The translations under genes were made by a program, and so were the position numbers. Shown here piece by piece: positions 41,001 to 54,716 of a stretch of 64,000 nt of DNA. The DNA is from Octopus sinensis. Taxonomy: Eukaryota. Location of the stretch: the NCBI RefSeq assembly GCF_006345805.1, contig NC_043002.1, positions 47,740,001 through 47,804,000 of the forward strand. The letters are read 5' to 3'. The notes under the pieces were generated by a model. It worked only from the letters and a program-made list of their open reading frames with translations, did no database searches and was not told where the DNA came from. Each line of letters opens with the position of its first letter. Positions within the stretch are counted from its first letter, which is position 1.

Positions 41001-44000
41001 TCATAATTCTATGGGTAATCTCAATTTTGTAGATATGAAATATAAATACTTCTAATAATTTGATCAAAGATCATTTCCTCATTCTTAGAAACCTTGAAAA
41101 TACTTTGTAACGACATTTTTGACCATTTGATGAGGGAAAGAAGGACAACCTTTATGATGCTTTGTTTTTCTCATGGCCCCCAAGAATGATAAGAAAGCAA
41201 AGAGGGATTTATTGTCAAAAGCCAGAACAGATATCACAAGATACTATCTTATAGCTTTCACAACTTTGCCAATCCACTTCACTGGAATGGTGCATTATTT
41301 TATTTTTCCACAGAGTATAAAAGGCAAGGCTGGCCTTTGCAGGATTTGAATCTAGACTATTAAGAGCCACAGCAAATACTACAAAGTATTTTGCCCTTTT
41401 CTCTAGCAACTGCAGTAATTCTCTGCTTATAAACTATTTTATGACTACAAATGAGGCAGTTGTTGAATTTACAAGATATAATTATTTGGAGATTTCATTG
41501 TCCATTTTGTATCTCAGTCTAAATAAACACAACTGGAGCAGAACTTAAACTCCATAAACAACCTGCCTAAAATCCATACCAAACTCTCTCTATTATGGAT
41601 TTGCTTTCAGCTAATCACCTAAATCCAAAGTTTTCAAAATTTTTTCAACTCTATTCCTCATTTCTCCATGACACAAGACCCACTTTCACTTCTTCATCTT
41701 CCAGACTCTCTCCTCTTCATCAATGATCTGTAAGTTAGCAGTCACTCTGTTCAGTTGACACAATTATCCATTCCTTCAGCTCTTTTAAATACGATATTTT
41801 TATCCCTACTTATATCCAATATTTTCATCAATGATGACTCTAAGGATATTCAAATATCTCCTTCTCAATAAGGATCTAACAGGATAATGGCAAACAATAA
41901 CCCCAGAATGCAAATATTGCTTATTTTAAAGCACTATCACCATCAAATTCCTATACTTCATGAATAATTTCTGACTTATAGAATTCCCTCTCAAAATATA
42001 CTCTCAATACTTACTCACAAGTAACATTTCTGTTAAAACTCCTTCAATGAAACTTAACATTCTCTATCAAGTAGATAAATATTTCAGCTTTAAGAAACTA
42101 ATCACTATAAATAACTAAACAATCTAAATATGTCTTCAATGTATGTCACTGTTCATTTCTTATATTCCAGCTGGCAGAGTTCATTTGATCAGAGACATCA
42201 AAATAGAAATCATCTGCTTAACTGATAAATCCTTTTTTTACTAAAAATGTATTCAGTCGCTGGTCTATCATAAGCAAACATAAGGTTTCCAGTGCTCGTA
42301 AATTACCAGTATTATCCAACTTAATTCAAAAGTATTTGTTGTATCTAATTCTCTACTTATTGTTAAACTGTGCTTTGTGTACAGCAAACATTAGATGCAG
42401 CTCTGCGTCTTGTTGGCTATAACTCAGATATTTCCTGACGCTAGTATACTAGCTGCACCAATTTCACAACTCTCTTTCACCATACTGAAATGAGAAAGCC
42501 CTCATTGGCAATGCTTCCTCTATATTCATGATAATTAAAATATTTATAGCTAGCATATGTATATAGGAACTAAACAATCATATTGTTATAAGAACACCGT
42601 TGTTATGTTTGCATATTAAAATCAATGAAAAAGAAGATATTTTTTGTATAAGAGAATAGTTTTATTCTCCACTGTATTCTGCTTGTATGTGAGTGACTAC
42701 CATGGAATTATTTCAACAAAATTGCTGCTTAAATTGTAAACTAATATTGAGTGTAAAGTAAATAAATTAGCAGTGAAAGCATTAACCATACAAAACATTT
42801 CACACAAAGAAAAAAAATCAATACAAGTAGATTTCTGATAGTTGTTAGAGATTGGAAAGATATGTTATCAATTTGGATATCGTTTATAAGTAAAAGGTTT
42901 GGAACAGGTACTTAAAATAATATTCTTAATTTTATTTAATAGAATAATCATCTAAAATGAAAATAATTATTGTGATTTTAATTAACAGTTTTCTGAATGT
43001 AGAAATGTTCAAGTTATTTATATAAGAAAGAAATTGTTTCAGTGGAACCTATTGTGTCTGTTTTGAAATAGGTTTTATTTTGTTTTCAATCCATTAATTG
43101 TTTTGTATCTAATTAAGAAAATGTTGGAGGGCAGAACAAATATTGATTATTTGATCACTCACTTTTAATGTTGTTTTAGATGTAGAACAAAATATTTTGT
43201 AACATAAATCTTTTGACATTATTTTTCTTTATTGCTTTATAGATTTAATAACAAAGGAAATAGAGAAAGAGAAGTCACTTGATTAACTCATTGCTCTTTT
43301 TTCCCCCCATTTTTGTTCTGTAGAAAAGAAATGTTTAACCAATACCATTAGTATGTCATGTCAACAGTCTACTAAAACAAAAATCAAGAAAATACAATTG
43401 GGGAAAGGGAAGAATTAGTTTAAAAACAAGAAAAAAATTTTAAATTAGATTTTGAATAGGTGTAATGACAGTTTATACTTTGTGCTTAGCTGCCATCATA
43501 GGTAATATTAAAATGTGGTTGTATAGAGCTTACAAAACGATTTGGCATTGTTAACAGTTCCAAGTATTGTCAATACTGAGAATTATAACAGTTTGCATTA
43601 TCTAATGTGGCAGGAACATATAATACAATCTTTGAAAGACAAGATGACATTCAGGTGGATATAGTGAATATTATGATATCAAGATAGTCTCTTTTTTCAA
43701 TAAGGTCTATTATTGTTTTGGCCAAAGTTTTCAGAATGATTTCTCTAATGAATTAAATCTACAAAATAACAATTCTGTGAAGTTATATAAGTGGTAACTT
43801 TAAAAATAAATTCTTTTAAGACTGACAACAATCAAGCAGACTGGTGTTCAAATTTAGCCTTATAAAGTTAAATGATTAAGAAAAAAGAATTCTCTCTGTG
43901 CAGTATACATGGTTACCACTTTTCCTCAGGTGAACCCAGGCAATGTAGAATTTCGTGCCCTGTCAAGAAATACACCTGAAGCAGATTTGAACAGAATCAC

Positions 44001-47000
44001 TAAATGTTTTTAAGTTCCCGTCAGTCATGAAACATAGTGATAATGAGAATTAACAGTGAACGAGGATAAATTTCTTTGATTTATTTGATTAGCCTAAGCA
44101 ATAGCAATATCCTAAAACAATTGCATTGATGAAACACAAATGAAATACAAATGAAAGTAACATAAAAACATTCATTTCTTACATATTTCAAACAAAATAT
44201 ATTATTAAGAAATATTATAACTAATTCAATGATTTGTTCACTCTGTATGTTAGAGGTTATGATTAGGAGATGTTATATGTTGAAGGTTATATGCAATTAG
44301 TTAGTCATAATTTTTTAGATAGCCAGTAGCTAGAATTTCAATCTTTAATATCTGATCCATGTCTTTTTGTTTAAGGCATACTAACATATGAAATAATCAA
44401 GGCTAATACTTAACAATTTAATTATTTCATGGGACACTATTTCTATTACATAATAGTGAATGCATTTAGATAATTGAATATTCAATGATATAATAATTCA
44501 TTTGTATAATAACTTTTACATCAATTTAAGTTCTTTTTTCTATTAAGATTGAGAATATGTTTATACAACTTAATACATTTTTATCACTTAACTTTAAGAG
44601 GGATGCACAATACCTATGACCTTTTGGTTTCTCAGAGCCTTTGAGATTAGTACTATCTGTTGCATGAATTCAAGCCAGGTCACTGGTGTGAAAATATGTT
44701 CCCTATTTCTTTCTAAGGGAAAATAAGAACCAACTAGGTAATGAATTACATCTACCACCAAAACCTCAGGACACAAAGAGGCAAAACAAATACTAAAGCT
44801 ATCATCATTTAACATCCAAATATCATCAAGCCATCATTCTAGGCTGGTATTTTATTTTATCAACTCTGAAAGGATGAAAGGCAAAGCTGACTACATGGGA
44901 TTTTGACTCAGAGTACAGAGAGCCAGAACAAATACAAATGTGTTCTATAATGATATTTCCAATTCATTGTATCAACCAATCCATTGTCAAATACTGATAG
45001 TTTATGCTATTGATCTCAGAGGGATGAAAAGCAAAGTTGATCTCAACTGGAATTTAACCCAAAACACAAGGGGCTAGAACAAAATCACTTATGCTTTAAT
45101 GATTCTACAACTTAAATAAACAAATTTAAGACAAAATATATTAAATAAAATACAAATAAATTGATTTCGCTTCATTTTTCTGAACATAAGCACATATATA
45201 CATGCATCCTCTCTTAACAATTTAGTTTGAGGAAACAAAAAATAAACTTTGCAGCTTTGATTTAGATTTTATATGTAATATAATTCTTCATTTTGGACAT
45301 CATGTCTACCAATGCTATTGAGAACAAGATACAATTAAGCATCTGATAGCAAGATTGAAGAACACATCTTCTGAAAAGCAAATTCAACCAATTCAATTTT
45401 ATGATTCTTAAGATATATTTCCCTTTTTTTCATTCTCAATAAGTTAATTGCTGTCTTGAAAAGATACATTTTCTATCAATTATTTGATGTAGTTTGTTGC
45501 TAAATCTCTTTTAACGTAGATTGCTTATGAAATAAATACTCCATGACATATTTTTAATTAAATAGAAAGAATTCAGAGGTATTTAAACACAAAGAAGCAA
45601 AAGGAATTCAGCATCTGAATGAAGTTTGAATCAACGTTACAGCCTCAACATAAGAATGAGTTACCTGTGTCAAAGCAAGTCTACATTTATACAATGACTT
45701 AATACTGTAACATTCATATAATAAATAGCTTATGGTTTAAGTTGCCATTTGTCTTGTTGTTGATATCCTTTATTACATACAATCTCCAAAGGTAAATTTA
45801 GAAGTTAATTATTCATATCAACAGTTGCATCTTTGATCTTAAAATTCAGTTCTATAATAAAGTGAAACTGGATGTAAAATCATTTGACCTAATGATAAGT
45901 TACTTGGTGATATTTCAAATAGTAATGAATGTTTTATGTTATCTACAAATTAGATATGACTATTCTGCTTTCTGCCTCAATTGAGAAATATTAAATAAGG
46001 CTTCTGAAAATGTAGACCCACTTACTATCTATTTTCCAACATAACACACGAGTGGTCATTCAAGTTAGAAAGCCAAGATTAATTAATCAAACCTTTAATG
46101 AAATATAGCATGCAAACCTTATGGTTCAATTTCTATTTTTCATTGGTTTTAATAATACCAGCTCAACTCCCTATCATTTTAAAGAATATATCTCATTTAT
46201 TTACCAACGATAATAACTGAGCCTGATGATGACACTGTTATTTCTGCAGTGTATCTTCATAGATCAACTGTTTATAAGCTGTTTATAAAATATGTCCTAT
46301 TTGAATCCAGTTTACAAACTGGGTTCATAAAGAACGAATTTTATTACGAATTTTATATAAATATATGTAGATGAAAAGAAATTTTTGTAGAAAGCAAGAA
46401 TTTTGGGAAAATGTTGATGTCTAAGAAAACATTTTGCCATAAATCATTGGGATTACAACCAATGTTAACAACACACTAACTGTCAAACGATACTTTGTTC
46501 CAAGCATGACTGAGACTGACTCTAACGAAAAAAAAATCACAGAAAAAGTATACTAGTAGAAAACACAAAATGGAAGATAATTCAGTATACTCTTCATTAG
46601 ACATCTTTGTCAACCACAATAAATTCAGTTCATTCTTGTACAGGTACCACTCTCTTCCATTGCTATGCAGCCTTGAAATTTGATATTCTGACCACTGTTG
46701 ATAGCAGCAGCTGTCAAAAATCTACTTTCCCTTCATAGTTATCCTTCCCAAATTCTTCAACAAGGATTCATTAATTTTTAAACATAAAACAATGCTGAGA
46801 TGCTAATGCTACTAAAAATATCTGCCAGTTGCACTTCCATCAAACATGTTGATTAGACCCCAGGTGAACTTGACTGAGCTTAACTATAATAAAAAGTATT
46901 TCAATAGTGACTATCCTGTTTCCTTTGTAGACATATTGTACCTAAGACTATATTATTCATATATTCTTTCTTTTTTCAGAGAATAGGATGTGATTTGAAT

Positions 47001-49553
47001 AAAACTTAGCTGCTAATTCTAACAAATGGACAGTCACAAAGGAGTATCCTCCTTGATTTATTCAAAGTTATTGTGAGGCTGAAATTTGCTTTCTTGTATT
47101 TTATATTTTATGACACACAAGGTAGGTAACTTGAAAACTATGGAAACTGAAATCTGTATTTTAAAAATTGCTCTTTTGTTCTGTTGATTCAATATACTTC
47201 TATTGTGAATAAATCTAGTTTGACGTTTATCAAGTAATGAGTGAAAACATGTGATGGAATATTAGATTTAATAACCTGTGTATTATGTCACCTGACAAAG
47301 GTAAAAGAGTTAATTAAAAATGTCAAAATATTAGCTTTATTTCATGGGCATTCTTTGTTAATCTACATAACTATCCTTTATTCTTGCATAAATAGTAGCT
47401 TGAATTGGTAATATTGTGCATTTATACTAACTAATATCTAATCATTTACACTTTAAATCAAAATGAATGCAGTTCTCTTTTCTTCTTGTTTCACTATCCT
47501 TTGGAATGTAGGAGTAGAGGTTTCATCCTTTGCAATATGTAGGTGTGAATATAACAGCTATAACAGGCTGCTGCAGCTAAAATCTGTAATAATCTTTTAT
47601 TAACTTATAATTCTTATGAATTTTGAAATTATATATACAAAATTTTGCAAATTGAAATTGTTTCTGTGGCATAAATTCTACTGTGTTTTTGTGAGATTAA
47701 TTCACAATGGAAAATCCAACATCTTATGGAGAAAAGAATTAGCTCATAAGATAAATATTTAGTTGATAAGGAGTTCAAAAACTTAATGCAAAATGTAAAT
47801 AATAAAGATGATACAGGAGGTCACTGAATCAAACTGTGAAAAAAAAGGAAAATATTTGAGAATATTATTGTAAATTAGAACAGTCCTCAGAATCTATCTT
47901 TGTTTAACTAGATATATTTTTCAAGTATAAATAAAAGTTTTATTGTAAGAAAATATTTCAATTTGAAGAGAACATTGAACTGTAATTCACATGAGAAGTA
48001 ATCAATGATAGGGAACACTCAAGCTTTTTCATTTGTACTACACATGTATTTTCAATCCGTAACCAAACAGACAATTTGTAAAAATATTGCATATTGTTCT
48101 AAAATATTTGTAGAAATTACAAAGCATTCACATTTTTCAAATAATTAAAAGAAATAGATATATTTTATGGTAAATCTGTATATGCAAGATATTTATTAAA
48201 ACAAAATAATTTAAAAAATGAATAATGTTGGGTATGGTCATAAAAAATGGCATTTTGACAAATGACATATTGCTTTTAGACAAAGCTGAGTACATTAAAA
48301 TATAGAAATGTTATGATATACAATAATTTGTATTCAGACAACTCAAACATGAGGACACTGAACATAAGAAAAAATAGATTATTGAAAGATTTGTTATAGG
48401 AAGAGTGAGTAACAAAGAGGAGATTATAAATAAAATCTAGAAAGAATTATGAAAAAAGCAATTCATAGCTTATGCCAAACTTACCTAGTATAACAGTCAG
48501 CATACATTTAACAATATTACATTAGTTACTAATCAGAACAAAACAAGCCTAATACTGAATTTGATTTCTTGAAAATCTAACTTATAAAAATACATAGTTT
48601 AATACAACTCTAAAACAGACTGGTTTCGTCATTTTTTTTTATTTACTTAAGCATGTTTACAGAAACATATTTTAAGGAAAGCAAAAACATAAAATTTGTA
48701 AGAAACAGTATCTAAAATACTTATTTGAAATGCAGGATAATAACCAATAAAATACTGATAATTGTACTATCATTTTTTAACTGTATGAAGTATTTTAATT
48801 TATTTTAGAGTAATTGAAATGAATAACTGTTTCTTTCCACATGGCCATTTTTAAATGAAATGGAAAACCAAGAATCAAAACTTTATTTTAAAATTTACCT
48901 CAGTTATTCAGATAGTGAAATGTTATAATAACCTATGCCAAAACAAATCATATATCTAGCTTCCACCTTTAGATAACTGTCTCATCCTCAGATGTTATAC
49001 TTGGTATAGATATTTGGTGCCAACCCAGTTGACAGTTATGCTCAATCTGACACCATATTGGTTTAGAAAGTTAATAGTTTTAAGACTTCACAGTATAAAG
49101 AAGAAGAATTATTATTAATTTCGAAGAAGATATTGGCTAATTGACTTAAAATAATTTACATCAGTAGATATTTGATAAGAGACAAACAGATCTGGTAACA
49201 AAATTTCCCATTTTTTCTATATAAAGTAGCAGAAATGACTATGAAAAATTTTAAAACATTGTTGTATTTTAACAGCAAGCCTCCATGAAAAATACATCAA
49301 AATATATTTGTATTGATACAGTTTTTTTACACAACATCCTAGGAAATTGCTGCATTAAAAACATGCACTGAATAAAGAAAGTTCTAGAGTATAACATTAG
49401 TAACAATCTATGAACATCTTTTAATTGAATAAGTATGTAAAAAGTGATAAAATACTTAGAGTAATAGAAAATTAGAGGAAACAGTATAATTAGAAAAATA
49501 ATGCAGATTAATATTTAGTATTAATTTTGAATATTAATTAAAGAAATACTTAC

Positions 49554-49932
49554 CACATTTCCCATAATATTTTACTCTAATGTCCTTCATTTCTTGGCAA
49601 GCTGCTTTGCGCATCTCACACATGTTGCTATAATCTACTCCATCATTTCCACAAACTGGGGTGCTACCAATGTTGTCACCATAGGTGTTGCAGCGGTTGG
49701 GACACTGGCATCGGTAACTGAACCCATCTAATGAGGGTACACATTCAGCACCAAAGCTACACTTCTTCTGTTCGCATGGGTCCTTCATATCTGCTGGGTA
49801 AACGTAACAGGCATTAGCCGGCTGAAAATTGCACAGACTGAACAGGCACAGTAAAATCAATGTAATTAGGGAGGAAAATGTAACGACTTCGAATGAAAAT
49901 TTCCGAAGTGACAATTTGAAATCCTGGTACAT
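49554..49932 (-). CDS. AGRN: First coding exon of an agrin-like proteoglycan: leader/signal peptide (aa 1-41) plus follistatin-N/Kazal domain 1; the gene continues beyond position 1
   Basis: The ORF gives MYQDF...LITLILLCLFSLCNFQPANA|CYVYPADMKDPC...PVCGNDGVDYSNMCEMRKAAC...YYGKC. The 10-Cys follistatin pattern runs C53-C126 and includes the Kazal VCGxDGxxYxNxC motif. The ATG has A at -3 and an in-frame TAA 12 codons upstream. The exon ends AAA TGT G|GTAAGT (donor 49553-49548), giving 379 nt, phase 1, at the domain boundary. The agrin call rests on recalled similarity to invertebrate agrin N-termini; another follistatin-repeat protein is not excluded. Confidence 0.8.
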
Positions 49933-49990
49933 CCTTCTGTTCTCAGCATCAACTTTGGATTGTTGTTATCTTTCTAATTATAAAATGTTT
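49933..49990 (-). promoter_or_regulatory. Putative splice acceptor and 41-nt 5'UTR portion of the agrin exon
   Basis: The minus strand reads tattattttcaaaacattttataattAG|aaagataacaac...gaaggATG, with the AG at 49975-49974. This implies at least one upstream non-coding exon. Confidence 0.5.
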
Positions 49991-52805
49991 TGAAAATAAT
50001 ATCCTATAGAATAGTTTCTGTATTTACAATTGTAATAATAAATGTAATAAAACCAGCATTATTTCTCTTTGGGATAAAGATTGTAGATATAAATATATAT
50101 ATATGAGCTTGTGTGTGTTAATGCATATACATATATGAATATCTGTCTTCACTTTTAAGAGTATTAGAAATCTTTCAGTAATAATTCAATTCATTTGATT
50201 GCTATGTGAGCTAAATGTTGACTACAATTTGGAAAGCTTTTTTATCTTTTATTTTATTTTCTTAATGAAGCTTTCAGTTGGCTAAAGTAAATACTATGGA
50301 TATCTATTTATGTCTTGTGTTTCTAAGAAAGCATTTTAATGGGTTGAATAAATGTGTTAAAATTTACTCCTTTGACTTGCTTTGATGTTAGGTGAATATG
50401 ATTGAAAGGATTTAGTATGACCCAATAGATGTCACAAAGTCAATAACAAACATTTTGGTGGGTAATAAATTTTCAGAGTCTTAGTGCAATAGTACACACG
50501 AAAATCAGAATAATATTGCTGCTCTTTGAACAACAAATGAGGGAAGTCCAAATGCATCACTTTTTTCTCTTTTGTTTACTCAACTCTGTGTTGTCAGGAG
50601 TATTGATATGAGCTGGTGGTAATAAAAGACATCCTACTGATAGAAATAGCAGCAAGTTGAGCTTGCTTAATGTTTGGTAGCATTCTAGCATTGATCAAAT
50701 TACCACAGCAACCACAGTAAATAATTTCTCAAACTGCATTCATAACCAGATTGGTAGGTTTAGAAAATTTGTTAGTAAAGTCATCTGTTGATAATGACAG
50801 AGCAGCAATCTCAATTAGAATGGTGATGGCAGAAATGAAAGAAAGTTAGAGAGGAAGAAGTAGGAAGTGATATAGACGATAATAGCAATGTAGAGAATCA
50901 ATAAAAAAGAGGTGAGAAAGAAAAGTGAGCTCTTTATAAATAACAATATATATATTGAATGTTATCCGATTCTAGTAGTCAGAATAATTGCAGTAGCACT
51001 GTACAATAAGATGATGTTGTAACATTAAATATTTAACGTTTCACTTCATAACACATTCACTTTGTAATGAGGTTTTGCATTTTCATTATCTCCATCAATA
51101 ATCTGGATTAAAATATTTGTTGCTTTCCCAAGTAATATTTCAAATCAACAGCTGCTCTTCATATAGTTCTGATAGAAGCCAGAGTGATTTTTTTCTTTTT
51201 GGTATGGTAGTAAGTGAGCATTAACATATTCTTCTTTCCTAACCAGTATCCTTCAATGTCACATTTCATTAGGCTTAGGTGTTGGAGAGACTAAAAAAAT
51301 CTACAAAATACTCTGTAGATTAGAATTTTCAATAACCACCTGACTATATTCACTTTTGATTATGTGACCAGCCGTTCTGTTCTGCTAGTGTCGATTTGCC
51401 ATAGCTGCATGCTAAATGTTGCAGTAGCAGCAGTAATATTAGCAGTGGCAGTCTTGCTTCTTATACATACTCCCCTTTCCTCCTCAACAAGCAACTGTCT
51501 GACAGAGTAGAGTGTGGTGCTTTCTGTCAGCTAGGAAGCCAAGGAATATATATATATATATCTGAAGCAACCAACAAAATGATAGCAAGCAGGGAATACA
51601 GAAAATCTGTAACAAATAGTGTACTTCTCTTAAACACTGGTTTATTCCTTCCTTCTAATTCGAACAGTGGGAAATAGAATCAATATTTGCTCTGAGGTCT
51701 AGGTTTTTTTGGTTATTTATTTGTTTTATTGAGAATTAGAATTCAAAATAGTTAATAATGTGAAGAAAAAGAAAATAAAAGAATGCCTGCTCAATAATCA
51801 TGGTAGATATTTTTTTCAGGTATAGCAATGTGAAGAGCTTATTTAGCTCCATAATAGTAACAGCTATTATGAAGTATTTCCATTAATTTTATTTCTATTA
51901 TAAGTATGTGTAACATATTGCAGGTTGATCGGAATCAGTCTTGTCAAGGAAACTAGATAATATAGCCAGTAGCAATGTTCAAGGAGACATAGCATACCCA
52001 AAATAAGAAGGATAAGAGTTATTGAGATAGGGTAGAAAAGGTGATGGATTGAGGTAGTTATTGGGTATTTTGAGAAATAATCAATTTAAATGAAGGGAGG
52101 GAATAGCAAGTTGCCTTTAGGGAGAATGAATTTATTGATTTGTCTTACTACCAAGCAGTTCAGAAAGAATATTCATTTTCTAAATGCATTGGTTGATTGT
52201 AGTATTTTCTAAATGAAATTTTGTAATAAGGAGTTGGAATATGAACCACATTTAATTGCTTATTTGCAATATTTATAGTTAATATACATACATGTGTTGT
52301 TATTTTAATGTTACTGATTATTAACAGATGTAACAGCTGTATGCATTTGTTATTAAGTTAAAAATGGAAACAAAACTGAAAATATATTTGAGAATGATGA
52401 GAAAACTTCAAAACATTTTCCTTTCAATATAAAAACCTCACGATTGATGAAAATGGAGTTTAGTTATCGTAATATAACTGAAGAAATAATGCAAATTTTG
52501 AAATATTATCTGTCATGGCCACCACAATAGGTGAGCTGCTACTGTCTTATCTTCAGTATTGTTAATCAATAAACTCTTTCAATATTTATGATAGAGTAGA
52601 AAACAAAATCTCACAGTATTTATCAGGGAAATAAATAGAAAAACAAAAAACTATTCAGTCTAAGGTCATGTTTGTTTGACAATGTAATGAAATATCTGGT
52701 GTGAGTGCTGTTTTTCAGTTTAGAAAATTATCACTCTCTTTAGATATCAAAATTACATCCAGAATTATATGTGCCATACTTATTTTATGCATATATATAC
52801 ACATT

Positions 52806-52858
<53 letters not shown>

Positions 52859-54602
52859 AGATAAAATATGAATAATTATTCTATAATGAAAATTCTTTAT
52901 GCATTTGTTTCATTCTTAAATAATGATGATTTCACAAATTCTGTAAAAATATACCAGCATATTTTCACAATACAAAGTGAAAAAAAAAAATTAATATTGG
53001 AGCATTTTCAGGAGATTCATTAGACCAGTATCATCAAATTAGATAAACATTGTCTTTTACCTTTCTCTCAGACATTGCTGAAGAGAGGTGGGATAAAAAA
53101 AAAAAACCTTCAGTCATATATGGTAGGCTAAAAATGCTTCACAAGTAGTATTTAAGTCAGTAACAAACAGAATATTAGGAAGAATTTCTTTAAGTAATGA
53201 AAAATGCAGGTTATAATTAGACAGGCATCTATCTTATAATTACTAAGTAGATGAATGCATCATTTTACAATGGCAACATATACACATGCAACTTTTAATT
53301 ATACACATCAAGCTGGTGCTATGAATCGAGCAAGAAAATGTAATAAAGACAGGAAGGGTGGAAGAAACTTTAAAGAAATATCATAAACAAATAAGAAAAC
53401 CATAACTACATCCTGCAAACTGTACAATTCATCAACCATTTTATTTACAAAATTTCTTATTATACACCACATAATATCATAAGAATAAAACTATATTCTA
53501 TATGATGGGTTAAGCATCAAATGCAAATAGAATATAATCAAATATAAAAAAGTTGTTTAATACAAGATTTTTGGTAGGAATAATAAAAGAGTTCTACAAA
53601 TGATAGCTCTTTTGTTCTTGAAAATGAGACCCTTAGAGATTCCAATATCACTAATAAATAACAAGAGAAAGTTAGAAAAATGTTTGGAATAAGATACTTT
53701 TTTCATATGTTACGTGTTATTCTGCTGAGGAATGATTTATGAAAGGCAAATTTTATTTTCCCCTAATATTCTATACCCTGGCAAACATCAAAAAGATTGG
53801 CTTGCATTACAATTGTTAAAAGTAAGACAGCAAAAGGATTCATACAGCTATTTCATTACACATCTAAGGATTAAATACTTGGAAAACAAATATTTCTGAC
53901 AGAGGAAATCAAACATAATTTTCTGAATGCTGTTTCACAATGTACAAGAGATGATCCAAATTTGCCTATATGGTGTTTTGCTGAGAAAGTTAGCAGATTA
54001 TTTCTATCAACACTATTAAAAACAAACAAGGGGCTAGGAATTTTGATGAGGTTATGTAAGGTTCATTCGTATTACACACTTCAGTTTTCATGAGTTGATA
54101 TAGATGCATATTTCAAGTCCCTAAGGTGAATGTATTTGCTTTCAAAAGGAAAAGATGCATTACATAATGTGGTCCTAACAAAAAAAAACAAAAAAACAGC
54201 AAAAATAAAAAAAAAAGATGCATTGCTAGAATGCATTTGATCACAAGTCTGTATGATTGTATGATGAAGGTTGACAAGTCAGCAACTTCAATAACAAGAA
54301 CATATATTTACCTTATTTTGCAATATCATGTGAGCAATTCTCAAGGAACAAAACATAATTGAACTTCTCAGAAAAAGATAGCGTATTCTAAATGAGTACT
54401 ATGCACGAAATGAGATTGGTCTATAAAATTTGTGTATGATTTTTTAAGGATAAACAAAATAAAACATTATTTCTTCTTTTTTCTATAAACATTTGAACTG
54501 GCAGAGGCAAGTCAAACCTAACATAAATATCAAGGATTGTTAATATATATCATATATACAGCATAATATGTATGTATACATATATATGTATATATAATAT
54601 AC

Positions 54603-54641
<39 letters not shown>

Positions 54642-54716
54642 AATATATATATAATATATAAATAAATAAATGGAGTTAAACACAGGTGTTATTCAAATTC
54701 TTTTATTATATATATA

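Larger units (their letters stand above)
1..49553 (-). other. Long agrin intron (>49.5 kb, extends past the window)
   Basis: There is a canonical donor at 49553, and no Cys-rich follistatin/Kazal frame was seen downstream in the ORF track or by eye. The content is repeats and AT-rich spacer. It may contain a microexon (see findings). Confidence 0.65.

Noticed and set aside
42440-42453. 14-bp perfect palindrome GCTAGTATACTAGC
   Set aside because: A few palindromes of this size are expected by chance in 64 kb.
46560-46880. Possible mariner relic on the minus strand (EWYLYKN-like)
   Set aside because: No TIR was seen and only ambiguous motif fragments remain.
49534-49553. C-terminal GKYFFN* of the 132-aa ORF as a real protein end
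   Set aside because: It lies past a canonical G|GTAAGT donor at the follistatin domain boundary, so it is intronic read-through.
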